Of a stretch of 44,547 nucleotides of DNA, positions 1 to 11,964 are shown piece after piece. The DNA is taken from NCBI RefSeq assembly GCF_001194135.2, contig NC_068993.1, positions 17,266,412 through 17,310,958 of the forward strand, written 5' to 3'. The position numbers and the translations under genes are program-made. The stretch's first letter is position 1. Each line of letters begins with the position of its first letter. The notes below the pieces were generated by a model. The model was not told the origin of the DNA. It was given only the letters and a program-made list of their open reading frames with translations, and made no database searches. The stretch is from Octopus bimaculoides. Lineage: Eukaryota.

Positions 1-35
<35 letters not shown>

Positions 36-44
36 ACATATGTG
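1..44. repeat. (TA)n microsatellite
   Basis: Direct TA dinucleotide run at the window start. Confidence 0.95.
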
Positions 45-379
45 TTAAGGATCATCTTCATACATCCGCTTTCCATGGATTGAGAAAACATATTCTGGGT
101 GATGTTCACCTAAATTAATGGTACTGAACTACATCCCTTCAGACCCCTTTGATTTCCATTTTACTCTCCTGCGTCACACATACATACACATGAAAAGAAA
201 AATCCTATCACATTTTTATGATTAAATATTATTAGGAAATGTATAACAAGAATTGTTTAAAATGCTTGGCGCATTGTAGAAATATAACCATAAGCTTTAA
301 CAACAAAATCTTATATGGACACCACCACCACGGGTCATATGGTTTAGATCCACTGACCTAGACCAACTCGAAGGCCCTA

Positions 380-1010
380 TCTTGCTGGTGTTTTATTTTT
401 TATCATGGTTTCTATAGTTGGATGGCCTTGCTAACACTCCCACCCACTTATTATTTTCGCAGTATCAACACTGGTTATATTGCACTGCCTAGGACACAAC
501 GAAAGGGATCTCCTTGACCTCGGCGTCTTTGCTCGGCCAACAACGCCTCTCATAAAATGACTGTGGGAAGTCATAAGAGGAATGAGTGATAGGTGTACTC
601 AGTATTCTGAGACGCACATACATTGAAAGAGGACAGAGCAAAGACAGGAGATGGCAACGTGACCCAAGAGATGGAGTGAAGGGGGGGGGCACAGAAAGAG
701 CCCGGAAGTGTGAGCGAAAAGTAGCAAGAGTATGTATATACGACGGCAGGCACAGTGAATGGGGTTACTGGCAGTACAAAAGTGGGGAGTGAAGGCAAAA
801 AAATGCACTGGGCACAATAGGCCCTACTTGATATTTGTATAAATAGACCTCCGCATGGCAGGAACAGTTAAAATGATAAGAATAATCATGGTGGGGTTGA
901 GTGTAGATGAATCTGTCCCAAGTTCATAAATTGAGTTGAGTGATAGGGATGTGTGTGGCAGAAAATAATAATGTGAGAGTAATGAGGAGGTAAAGCAAGA
1001 GGGAAGCGTG
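380..1010 (-). mobile_element. Degraded RTE-LINE 3' UTR remnant (purine-rich block on +)
   Basis: Motif 'catggtttctatagttggatggccttgctaacact' plus a G/A-rich block. Same architecture as 7670-8380 and 23330-24420. Confidence 0.45.
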
Positions 1011-1227
1011 TATGTGTGCACACATACATACATGCGTCCATACATATTACACTACCATATAAATACAAATAAACACAGAATCTATATACACGAGAGAGAC
1101 ACACATATATATATATAGTGTATATATAAGTGGGTGGGTGTGTATAAAAACATCTTCACTCACTAACATAAATATATATGGATCTCAGTAGAAATTATTG
1201 ACTTAATTTTTAGATGTTCAATCAACT

Positions 1228-1343
1228 GAACGACTCGGGTTCAGTCCCACAGCATGGCACCTTAGGCAAGTGTTTTACTCCACAGCCTCAGGCCAACCAA
1301 AGCCTTGTGAGTGGATTTGGTAGACGGAAACTGAAAGAAGCCC

Positions 1344-1377
<34 letters not shown>

Positions 1378-1582
1378 TTCATGCCTGTGTTTGTCATCCA
1401 CTACCGCTTGACAACCTAAGTTGGTGTGTTTACATCCCTGTAACTTAGTGGTTCAGCAAAAGAGACCTAAGGTTTTTAAAAAAAATAAGTACTGGGGTTG
1501 ATTTATTCGACTAAAAATTCATCAAAGCAGTGCCCCAACATGGCCACGTCTAACAACTGAAACCAGTGAAAGATAAAAGATA
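1228..1582 (+). mobile_element. tRNA-derived SINE type A, tail 1
   Basis: B-box-like ggttcagtccc, core 'caccttaggcaagtg...gtgagtggatttggtagacggaaactgaaagaagccc', internal (TG)n, tail ending 'ctgaaaccagtgaaagataaaagata'. Confidence 0.9.
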
Positions 1583-1861
1583 TTTATCTAATCATACACA
1601 TCAATATATGTATGTAAATATATCAACATCATTTTCATCTAACGTCCACTTTTCCAGGCTTTCATGGATCAAACAGAATTTGTTGACAGATTTTCTTTGG
1701 CAGGATGCCTTTCCTGTCACCAACTTTCACCTGTTTTGAAGCAAAATATCATTTTTTGTAGAAGACTGGTAACAAACAACCTCATTTGCATGGCTACGCT
1801 TATTTACAACCATCACATTAGACAAGGGTACGCACAAACACACACACATATATGAATATAA

Positions 1862-2000
1862 GATGGGCTTCTTTCAGTTTCCATTTACCAAATCCACTCA
1901 CAAGGTTTGGTCGGCCCAGAGCTAGAAGACACTTGCTCAAGGTAACTTGCACAGCGGGACTGAACCCCAGAACACATGGTTGTCAACCACACAGTCACAC
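1862..2000 (-). mobile_element. SINE type A head+core
   Basis: Reverse complement of core: 'gggcttctttcagtttccatttaccaaatccactcacaagg...gggactgaacc'. Confidence 0.85.
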
Positions 2001-2404
2001 CTATATAATTATATAGCTATATATCTATAAATTCAAATACACATACACAAATATACATATATGTATATAAATATATGAGTGTGTGTAAGCACATGCACAC
2101 ATGCATGTACCTGTATGTTAGCTTACACCTACACTCCTCTGAAAATCTCTCAGCTACAAACACTGACACTGTTATCATTTCCTTTATCAATAAATCATCT
2201 GATGGCTTTGAAACTTTAAGTACATGTGGAATAAGAGATTCCTAACTTGAAAATCAGGTATGGGTTAGTGACAGGCAGGGAATCCACCCATAAAGCAATG
2301 CTTCATTATGTATTCATCTAACTCATGCTAGCAAGAACAATATGGATGTAAAATGAAAGAACAAATATGAATAAATATGCATTTATATACACGTGTGTGT
2401 GTGT

Positions 2405-2762
2405 GTTTGTGGTAAATTTGCTCTCCAACCACAAGGTTTTAGGTTCATTCTCACTGCATGACAGCTTGAGTAATTGATTTCTAATACGGCCCCAGGCTGA
2501 TCAAAGGCTTGTGAATGAATCTGACAGATTGAAACTGAAAAAAGTCTCCTTGCTTTGGCATCACATGATAGTTGCAACTGAATATCACCATCATACAGGT
2601 GGTGTCCATTTTCAGCCTTTTGTGAAAACATGTCTGATTCTGGGGGCAATATTGCCATCCTTAGAAACAGGTGAGTATTGGTAATGGGAAAGGCAGGCAT
2701 CTGGCCACAGAAAATCCACCTGACTCATGAAAGCATTGAAAAGTAGGCATTAAATTGATGAC
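2405..2762 (+). mobile_element. SINE type A head+core with RTE-like tail E
   Basis: Degenerate A core followed by 'cacatgatagttg...gaaaacatgtctg...ggaaaggcaggcatctggcc...attaaattgatgac'. Confidence 0.7.
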
Positions 2763-2959
2763 AAATTAGTTATATACATACACATCATCATCATCATTTA
2801 ACATCTGCCTTCCGTGCTGGCATGGGTTGAAGGAAGACTACACCTGGCTCCTGGGTCCATTTTAGCATGGTTTTTATGGTTGGATGCCCTTCCTTAACAC
2901 TAACCACCCAACAGAGTGAACTCAGTGCTTTTTCACACACACACACACATATATATACT

Positions 2960-3280
2960 GTGATGGTGCATGTCTTAGTGGTTCCAATACTTAGCTCATG
3001 ATCATAAGGTTATGAGTTCAATACCCAGTGTTGTGTCATGTCCTTAAGCAAGACACTTTATTTCACACTACTCCAGTCCATTCAGTTGTTAAAAAGGTGT
3101 TGTACCCATAATTCAAGGGGCCAACCATGTCACATTCTGTGTCATGCTGAATCTCTCTGAGAACTACATTAAGAGTATGTCTCAGTGGAGCGCTCAGCCA
3201 CTTGCATGTTAATTTCACAAGCAGGCTGTTCTGGTGATCGGATCAACTGAAACCCTCTTCGTCATAACTGACAGAGTGCC
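2960..3280 (+). mobile_element. Older tRNA-SINE type D (tail 3)
   Basis: A/B-box-like head, 'gtccttaagcaagacactttatttcac' core, tail 'gctcagccacttgcatgttaatttcacaagcaggctgttc...gatcaactgaaaccctc' shared with 18561-18937. Confidence 0.8.
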
Positions 3281-3544
3281 TTATATTTATACATACATAC
3301 ACACATTTTAAGGTGTGCTATATTTTTAGAAAGGTTACCTTACTTTTCATCTGGTCAACAAGTCACCAGAAACTTGTTCATGTCAAATCTCAAGCCAGTT
3401 GATCCATTTTTATATTCCTTCAGGTGGAAGTAAAATTTTGAACTCCCACAAAGGGGCAAATTTTATCTATTTTCTTTTTCCACACATTTTTATCCACTTA
3501 TTTATATTCTGTTTGTTGCATTTCGAGCATACGGTCATCGACCC

Positions 3545-3870
3545 TTATTTGTTTCCAAGCAAGGTAATATTTTCCCAGTAACTGCACATGTTTTCATGAA
3601 AAACTGGAAATGAATGATGCTGAGTGTATGAGAGTGACACTCATTTACAAATATCACACAATGTCAGGGTGAGAAGGTGCATGCTCACACACACACACAC
3701 ACACAACAAGGTTTGTTTTTTTTTCAGTTTCTGTCTACCAAATCCACTCACAAGACTTTGGTCAGCCCAAGATTATAATGGAAGACACTTGTCCAAGATG
3801 CCAAGCAGTGGGATTGAATCCAAAGCCACATGGTTGGAAGCAAACTTCTTAACCACATATGGTTATAACT
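3545..3870 (-). mobile_element. SINE type A with tail E
   Basis: Tail E reverse ('gtttccaagcaaggtaatattttccc'), then (CA)n, then core reverse 'ttcagtttctgtctaccaaatccactcacaag'. Confidence 0.8.
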
Positions 3871-4364
3871 GCACCTCTACTAAATAACAATACCATTTTA
3901 TGTATAGCAGAATAGTCATAAGATTTAATTGTAAAAAATAATCATACCGTACTAGAGTCAAATCATTCGATTAAAAATTCTTCAAGGTGGTGCCCCAACA
4001 TAGCTGCTATCTAAAGACTGGAACAAGTAAAAGATAAAAGATGCAAGTTGCAATTTTTCATGAATATGAACATGCTTCCCGTTACCATGGGAAGGAAGCA
4101 TCATCCCAAAGGTTGATAATATATTCTATTTTTAATATGTTGACACCACAAAATATCTAAATGCCATGACAACATAAACTAATCTTCATAGGCAACACTT
4201 GGTATGTTTTTTTAAAAATCTTCTGATTATTTGAAGATGTTCTATGATACCATTGGTTATCAATCAGGGTCCACATGACCCTTGGAGGTCAATATAAGAT
4301 TTTGTTATTAAAATCTATGCGCAATAAGAGGATTACACTCCTACAATACACAAATTATTTTCTT

Positions 4365-4750
4365 TTTTCTTTTACTTGTTTCAGTTATTAGACTGTGGCC
4401 ATGCTGTAACATCACCTTGAAGAATTTTTAGTCAACTGAATCAATCCCAGAACAATATTTTATTGGAAGAATTTTTAGTCAACTGAATCAATCCCAGAAC
4501 TATATTTTATTGGAAGAATTTTTAGTCAACTGAATCAATCCCAGAACTATATTCTATTGGTTTTATTTGACGAAACAAGTTACAGGAATGTAAACACACC
4601 AACACCAATGTCAAGTGGCAGCAGTGGACAAACAGACACAAAACACACACATATATGGTGGGCTTCTTCAGTTTCTCTGTCAAATCCACACGCAAGGCTT
4701 CAATCGGTCCAGAACTATAGCAGAAGGCACTTTCCCTAAGTGCTGCACCA
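4365..4750 (-). mobile_element. SINE type A, tail 1 (nested in the MITE)
   Basis: 'ttttacttgtttcagttattagactgtggccatgctg' tail and 'gggcttcttcagtttctctgtcaaatccac' core, both reverse. Confidence 0.8.
4419..4559. repeat. 47-bp tandem repeat x3
   Basis: Unit gaagaatttttagtcaactgaatcaatcccagaac(a/t)atatt(t/c)tattg starting at 4419, 4466 and 4513. Confidence 0.95.
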
Positions 4751-5959
4751 ACAATGTTTTTCACATTTTCTAATAATATTTAATTAGAAAAATATTTTTT
4801 AAAACATCAAATGGTTTTGATGGTACACCTGAGTAAAATAAGAATCAAAGGCATCCATAGGTAAAAAAAAAAAATGGTTCAGAACCAATGTACTACATAC
4901 TTCAAAACCTTTCATAAAGGTGATGATTAGAGGCAAGCAAAATAACTTTTCAATCCAAGCTGTTCCTCAAGAAATTTACAAGCACCAGTATTGTCCATAA
5001 TTTGAGTGTATTGCTTTCAAAACTAATCCCATACTACAACCTCCAGTGTGCTATTCTTCCACTGTTGTCTCAGTCACCTTTACCTGCAGAGCAAGAGTTG
5101 CATTTTCAGTCACAAATACGATCAACAGACCAACATTTTCTACATGGGGTCAACTTGTGACAATAACAGTCAGTCATTTTGCTGGCTTTCCTTTTAAATC
5201 ATGTGTAAGATTTAAGTTCCAGTGTATGGTTGAGAATGATGGAATATCAAAACCATTCTTTCCTTTTCTTTTTCTGTATTTCTCTTAACAATAGAATATG
5301 AGCATTCAGTCACACAAACACACACATGTATAAGGGATTCCGGCAGCTTCTCTCCATCAAAAATCTCTCATATGGTATTGGTCAGCCAGGTGCTATAGTA
5401 GATGCCCAAGTTTCCACAATCACACCCATGCCTATATATATACACACACACACACATACTTATAGGTATGTATGTATTTATGAATGTGTATGTATGTATT
5501 ATATAGTCGGGTATATAATATGTTGGGGATATGCTAAGCTGGTCTCTTTCAACAACAAAACACAAAATACAACTCATATCAAAGAAACATCAGTGCACCA
5601 CACTCAACTAGAGCCCTGACAATCACACTCAAAGTCAGGTCTTACAATCACTGAGAATCTCTTCTGGTAAAAACACATCCTTCACATTGCTAGGACCACA
5701 TCCCAATAAATGAACCTTCCCTTCGAAAGCAAAACATACCTCAGCTCACACCCCAACAATTATTGATACTCTACAAAACCCACATAAGAATATTGTGTTC
5801 GTTGGTCCATGGCAGTAGCAAAGGTCACTAGCTAGCAACACCACCAATGCAAATGACCCTTGAATCGTGATACCAAAGTGAATTTCTTAACCACACAATT
5901 ATACCTTCACCAACCCGCATATATATAGACAGATAGTTTAAAGATGGACAACGCATTGT

Positions 5960-6270
5960 CATTTTAACCAATCTGTATGAATACAGCTCATGATTGTAAG
6001 GTTGTGGGTTCAATTCCTAGCAGTGCTTTGTGCCCTTCAGTAAGACATTTTATTTCACATTGCTCCAGTTCACTCAGCTGGCAGAAATGAATAGTACCTG
6101 TATTTCAAAGAGCCAACCTTGTCACATTCTCTGTCACACTGAATCTTCCTGAAAACCATGTTATGGGTAAACATGTCTGTGGAGGGCTCAGCCACTTTCA
6201 TGTTAAAATCATGAGCAGGCCGTTGATTGGATCAACTGGAACACTCATCGTTGTAACCGACAGAATGTCA
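5960..6270 (+). mobile_element. Older tRNA-SINE type D (tail 3)
   Basis: 'gctcatgattgtaaggttgtgggttcaattcc', 'taagacattttatttcacattgctccagttcactcagctgg', tail 'gatcaactggaacactcatcgttgtaaccgacag'. Confidence 0.8.
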
Positions 6271-6281
6271 GTATATAACAC

Positions 6282-6670
6282 CATCATCATCTTTTAACAT
6301 CCATCTTTGCATGCTTGCATGGACTAGACAAATTTTCTACAGTCTTGTGTTCATCCTGCCACCATCCTTCACCTGTTTCCAAGCAAAGTCCTTAAAAAAT
6401 GAACCACACAATGGCTGGAGATGTGTTCATGGATGATTGTAAACAAACAATAATTGCATGGTAGTGACATTTGTCTAGAATTAACATGCAATGTTCAAGA
6501 CAAAGAACACAAACACACTGACACATGATAGGCTTCTTTTCAGTTTCCATCTATCAAATCCACTGACAAAGCTTTCGTCAGCTGAAGACTGGTAGAAGAC
6601 ACTTGCCCAAGAAGCTGCACAGTGGGACTGAACCTGTAAACCACATAGTTGCAAAGCAAACTTCTTACAC
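6282..6670 (-). mobile_element. SINE type A with tail E
   Basis: (CAT)n-ttttaacatcc end, tail E body, core 'ggcttcttttcagtttccatctatcaaatccac...gggactgaacc'. Confidence 0.8.
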
Positions 6671-6709
6671 ACATCAAAATATATACTTAATATATATATA
6701 TATATATAT

Positions 6710-6830
6710 ATGCTTTGCAATGATAGTTTTCGGTTCAGTCCTACCTTGGGTAAGTGTCTTCTACTACTGCCCTGAGCCAACCATTGCCTTATGGGTAAAT
6801 TTGGGAACGGAAGCTGTATGGAGCTGTGAC
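6710..6830 (+). mobile_element. SINE type A head+core
   Basis: 'cggttcagtcctaccttgggtaagtgtcttctactactgccctgagccaacc'. Confidence 0.7.
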
Positions 6831-7194
6831 ATATGTATGCATGTGTTTATACATCAATATTCCATGTTTTCACTTGTCACCATTAGAGCGGAACAGTGTC
6901 ATCTTCATATGTTCACATTCCTGATAGACATTACAGCCTGCCGTTCAGCACTCTCAAAAACCTACAGGACAGAAAAACATCCCTCACCTTAGAAGTAAGG
7001 GCTGGGAATTGGAAGAGCATCTGATGTAAAATCTGCCAAATACACAAACATACATAGATGCAGATACATACATTTGCATTTAAATGCATACACACGTCCT
7101 GTGAGTGAATTTGGTAGACAGAAACTATGCAGAAGCCTATTAAATGTGTGTACATATGTATTTATTAGTATTTATATTAGTATTTATATACATA

Positions 7195-7340
7195 TAACTG
7201 GCTTCTGCACAGTTGCTCTTTAGTGAATTCATGCACAAAGCATTGCTCAATCAATGCTATAGTAGAAGACATTTGCCAAAGGTGCTGCACAGTGGGACAA
7301 AACTGAAAACCACATGGTAATGAAGCAAATTTCTTAACCA
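7195..7340 (-). mobile_element. SINE type A head+core (degenerate)
   Basis: 'gctatagtagaagacatttgccaaaggtgctgcacagtgggac...aaccacatgg'. Confidence 0.7.
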
Positions 7341-7344
7341 CACA

Positions 7345-7640
7345 GATCAAAGCCTTGTAGGTGGAAATGATAGATAGAAACTGAAAGAAGTCCATATGTA
7401 TCAATATATATGAGTGTGTGCATGTTTGTATCTCTGGCTTGACACTGTATGATAGCTGTAAATGAGTGTCACTGTCAGACAAGCAGTGTCATTCATTTTC
7501 AATATTCAGTGAAAACAAGCCTGGCCATGGGAAAATATTACCTTGCTTGGAAACAAGTGAGGGTAAACAATAGGAAGGGGCATCTGGCCATAGGAAATCT
7601 GCCTCAATAAACTCCATCTGACCAATGCAAATATGCACAT
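7345..7640 (+). mobile_element. SINE type A core fragment + tail E
   Basis: 'gatagaaactgaaagaagtcc', microsatellite, then 'gtaaatgagtgtcactgtc...ggccatgggaaaatattaccttgcttggaaac...gaaaatctgcctcaataaactccatctgacc' (with minor variants). Confidence 0.75.
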
Positions 7641-7669
7641 CACACACACACACATTTATGTACCTAACA

Positions 7670-8745
7670 ACCTTTCATCATTTTACATTTGCTTTACATA
7701 CTGGATTGTGTTGGACAAGTTATCACTCTAAATAGACTGGAGGACTACACTTGACTCATTGATTTCATTGCTGGCCTAGTTTCTCTTTTACTTTTGGCTA
7801 GGTGCCCTTCCTAATACCAACCACTTTATAAAGTGTACAGCATGCATCTTGTCCGAGTATGAGCACTAGAGAAGTGGTCATGTCCTTGACAAAGCTAAAG
7901 GGTTAGAGTCCTTTGAATCCTATGTTATTTCCACTCGTTTGCTAACCCATTTATGAACGGTGCTGAGTACCTTTTATCATGTTACCAAACACAAGTGAGA
8001 CTGCCTTCTGCCTCACAAAACAGAAATAAAAAAAGAATGATGCTCATGTGTAGTTAAGTAAAGAATGTGAGGGTTGACTACAGATAAGACAGACAAGTGA
8101 GTAGGAGAAGGGGATGAGTGCCAGAGATGAGGGGGTTCGCTAGGTCCAATGACAACCTTACACAGATAGATAATATGGTACAGTGAACAAGATCCAATAG
8201 CATCCCTTGGTACACAAGTGACATACGACAGTGAACAGAAGAGAGGGTGAGTGACAAAAAAATAAGAGGGTGTCAACAAGAGGTAAGGGTAGGCAGCTGA
8301 TGTAGACGTACAGGCACACATAGAGCGAGAGGCCCAAATGTAGATATAAACCTCTCAACCATCATCACTACCAATATTTTAACATTCGTTTCATCAAGTT
8401 TACACAGGTGGGCGGGTTTTCTCCAATCACTGCAGTCGTTTGTCATCTCCTCCATGAGGTTCAACATCCTATAATCAATTTCCACAGCTTCATCCCATGT
8501 CTTCCGGAGTCTCCCTCTTCCACAGGCTCCATCTACTTTCAGTACCTTGCACCTCTTTATACCACCGCCATCCTCTTTCGCATCACATGTCCATACCTAC
8601 GCAGTCTTCTCCCTTGCACACTACATTCAATTCATCTGATGCACAAATTTTCTCTTGAGCTCGTTTGTACTCATTTGTCGTTCATGTACACACATTGTAA
8701 CATGTAGCCCATGTCATTTCTGTCGGAACAGCACAGTTTCTCAAT
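7670..8745 (-). mobile_element. RTE-clade LINE 3' end (end of ORF2 + pyrimidine-rich 3' UTR), decayed
   Basis: Minus-strand translation with frameshifts gives IECSVQGRRLRRYGHVMR and VDGACGRGRLRKTWDEAVEIDYRMLNLMEEMTNDCSDWR. These are the RLRWxGHV / GRPxKTW motifs typical of the RTE ORF2 C-terminus. Confidence 0.85.
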
Positions 8746-8928
8746 GTTAATCAGTCGTACTGTCACAACGCTATCTCTTGTTAACAAAACCAATGATCCT
8801 TGAAATGATAATATAAATTAGTTTATTTAAGACATCTCTAACAGGATATCTGACGAAAACTGTGATACACACGCGTATACATATACCTACAAACACAAAT
8901 ATATACCCAATCACACACACACACATTC

Positions 8929-8968
<40 letters not shown>

Positions 8969-9704
8969 GCATACACACACACAATCGTCACATATACACG
9001 CCCCCACTCACAAACATAAATATATACACATTCGTCCAAACAAACATATATACACATATAAATACGTAATTACGTACACAACTTTATACATAATAATAAT
9101 AGCGTAGGAAGGTCTAGTTAGTTTCTTTTAGGGTCTCACTACATCTGGCAGTGAATATAATGCATAAATAAAATATATCTTGTGGTGAAGTGTCTTGCAC
9201 ACATACACACACTAGCATAGATGTACTTTTAACAATGTATGTGGAAATAAATCAATGATTGATAAATGCAGTGTGGAAAAGGGAGGATATGGTGTGCTCC
9301 ATCAAATGTGTGTATGACTAGGTGCGTTGGTGCATATAACAACAACACAAGCCGCCTAATTTCAGAGGAATAACAACTTAAAAAGAGAGGTGGGGGAATT
9401 ATATTTTGCTGACAAGTGATTGAAGGAAGGCTGGGTAGTAAATATATATATAAACTTGCACTAAATTCGACTTGTTTTGTCATGCGTTGAAACTATGACA
9501 GGTTTAGACGACGGAGGTGTATCAGACGGGACAGAAATTCCTGTCAGATTGTAGCAATGCAAAACAAAAACAAGCACAACACGGTCTGACAAATACAAAC
9601 AGAAATAATCACACACCAACAATAACCGGAATAAATACACCCGTCTTGCAAACATACTAACAATAAAACTACAATCACATGTAAAATAGCAAGGGACCCC
9701 TCTC

Positions 9705-9945
9705 GCTTTCTGTCACTACGTGATTGGTTGACTTGCTAGAAATTACAACCAAATCTCCCTTATATCACATTCTAACATCTTTAAAATAAATGACACACTG
9801 GATAATGCAGTCCTAGATATACATGGTCTAGAAGAGGAGAGAAAAAAAGAAGAAACAGGTACTACTTAAGAAGAGATGATCACGACTGGAACGCCTCTAA
9901 CAATGGATTTGCTCCATCAGGATTGATTGACATGGGGCTATGCTA
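9705..9945 (+). mobile_element. Dispersed repeat family B (~250 bp, probable non-autonomous retroelement)
   Basis: Motif 'cttgctagaaattacaaccaaatctccc...gataatgcagtcctagat...gatgatcacgactggaacgcc' recurs more than 10 times in the window. Confidence 0.65.
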
Positions 9946-10706
9946 CATGTAAAACCCACAATATATGCAGACTTAATGCAATACATACACAAGATATTTT
10001 TTTGTTTTGTTTTTTAAATGTCACCACCTACACGGACATACAAAACAGATATAAAGATTATTTGATTGTCAAAACATTCACACGAAACCAGCGAAAGGAG
10101 TTTGTAATGTTCATGATTTTCGTTAATGCCCTTGAAAAAGCCCGCAACATCAAAAGATCCCAAACCCTCTTCTATATATATTAAAGGAGTAACACACATG
10201 CACACACACACTGGTATATATATGTATATTTGTCCTACATTTTTGAAATGGCAGTTGTGTGTTTAATTAAACGTTCCATTAATTAATTAATTAGCAAGAC
10301 TATGTAGAAAAGTTATAAAAAAAAAAGCATAAGTCAAAATAAAAAGGATCGGTTTGACAACAACATGGTGCTATTTAGAAATAATAATATTAATAATAAT
10401 AATAATAGATCAGAAATATTTCAGAGCCGTTATAAAAAAAAACGTAAACAGACTAATCAAGATAGGACATTATGACAGTAAAGTAAGTAGAAGGCCTGTT
10501 TTCCGTTCCCACACACGAAATAAGATGATGACACAAATAGACTACCAAACAACAGAATCCACCATCATCATCCGCTAAAATGATTACCCTGTGGGGCTTT
10601 GATATTGTCAATGGTATAAAAGAAAAAATGGAATATATATATATAGGAACATATATTTGACCTATGTGCGTGTAATATATAAGACAGAATACACAAATGT
10701 GCTTAT

Positions 10707-10712
<6 letters not shown>

Positions 10713-10793
<81 letters not shown>
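10713..10793. repeat. (AT)n microsatellite (~80 bp)
   Basis: Direct. Confidence 0.95.
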
Positions 10794-10797
<4 letters not shown>

Positions 10798-11139
10798 CAT
10801 ACACAAACAACTGAACATTGAATGTGAAACAGAAATAAACAATTGAAATAGAGGAGTGGGTTAAAAAAAAAGGCTTTTAAAAACATCAACTGATAAATCA
10901 ATAGAGATGATAAACACAAGTTGATCGTGATCTGGTTTACAGAAGGGCAAAACTGAAAAAAGAAGGATGGACAAAAAAAGGTGGTTGCTATGTGGTTTAC
11001 CTTAGATTCGTAGACTGTGTTGTGTTCCAATTGGACATAAAGAGATGATGAGTTGTGTGTACACAGATAATTCTGTGTATGTATGTGTTTGTATGAGTAT
11101 ACGTGCCATATAACAAACAGTAACAAGCAACTATGAGAA

Positions 11140-11560
11140 GAGAGTGAGTGCGGAAGGTCCTGGTTGGTTGTAGATTTCCAGTTTCACAGCTAGTAACTGG
11201 CTTGGCTAGCTCTGATTTTCTTAAACAGCAATAGTACCAAGCAGTAGTAAGGGCATTAGTAAAGGTGGTGGTAGTAATAGTAGTGGTGGCAATAGTAAAG
11301 GTGGTGGTGGTAATAATAGTGGCGGTGGTAATAATAGCGCGAGAGTAGCGGGAACAGGCGTGACAGTAAGAGAGGAAAGGGGAGAGTGAAATCTCAAAAA
11401 CAACAACAAATAGGCCAGTACAGTTCTGGCGCCAAAACGCCATCTCTCGACAGGTCTGTAAATCATATTCCTCGTAAGAGCACGTAACTCATGTCGTATT
11501 CTAGATGTTTATTTACGAAGCTCTAGTTTTAAACGTCGTGAGAGGTGTTGAACGGTTTAA
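11140..11560. promoter_or_regulatory. CpG-retaining putative promoter / first-exon region
   Basis: Unique sequence rich in CpG against a CpG-poor background. GGCGCCAAAA at 11428-11437 (E2F-like, TTTTGGCGCC on minus) directly adjoins CGCCATCT at 11438-11445 (YY1-like core). Function is inferred. Confidence 0.4.
11229..11365 (+). other. Candidate exon (Gly/Ser/Asn-rich, or 5' UTR)
   Basis: Acceptor gattttcttaaacag, donor ACA|gtaaga. One open frame: IVPSSSKGISKGGGSNSSGG...ARVAGTGVT. No homology recognised. Confidence 0.25.
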
Positions 11561-11594
11561 TATACACATGCGCATTTTATATATATATTTATAT

Positions 11595-11875
11595 ATTTCC
11601 TTTATCTTTTACTAATTTCACTTATTGAACTGCGGCCTTGCTGGGGCACCGACAGTACTTATTTTTTTATGTATGGTTACTTATTCTATCCGACTCTTTA
11701 CATAAACTGCTACGCCTCGGGAACGTAAACAAACCAACACCGGTTGTCAATTGATGGTGGCCACACACATAGATATATACATAGACATATGTATATACAT
11801 ACATAGATACACACGTACGACGGCCTTCTTTCAGTTTCCGTCTACCACCAATTTCATTCATAAAGCTACTTTTGG
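11595..11875 (-). mobile_element. SINE type A, tail 1 (CpG-intact)
   Basis: 'ggccttctttcagtttccgtctaccaccaa' and 'ctcgggaacgtaaacaaaccaacaccggttgtcaa'. Confidence 0.85.
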
Positions 11876-11964
11876 TGTATTTGTTTTTTGTTTATATGCT
11901 CGTAAATTCATCCGTCTATTATAATTTCATTATAAAACTCTTAAGCATTCATTCACGTTTCCTT

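Larger units (their letters stand above)
4251..4890. mobile_element. hAT-type MITE split by a nested SINE
   Basis: Imperfect TIRs cattggttatcaatca (4251) and tggttcagaaccaatg (ends 4890). Right subterminal 'gcatccataggt..aaaatggtt' matches the MITE at 25158-25460. No clear TSD. Confidence 0.6.

Noticed and set aside
489-1104. Overlapping 67-75 aa ORFs
   Set aside because: They lie in a purine/pyrimidine-skewed repeat remnant and show no protein motifs.
4419-4559. CRISPR-like array
   Set aside because: Units are contiguous with no unique spacers, in a eukaryotic context with no cas genes.
4960-5290. Protein-looking minus frame interrupted by two TGA codons (recoding or selenoprotein idea) and ORF 5046..5288
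   Set aside because: No recognisable family, no SECIS-like hairpin identified, and TAG/TAA stops nearby. Chance in AT-rich DNA is sufficient.
9461-9655. Signal-peptide-like ORF and an LRR-like frame (FLSRLIHLRRLNLS)
   Set aside because: Short. The LRR-like frame stops before the conserved Asn and there are no further repeats.
10453-11126. YIYI-rich ORFs of 129-154 aa (also 13626-14055, 34992-35452, 36149-36514)
   Set aside because: Read-through of (TA)n/(CA)n microsatellites or N gaps.
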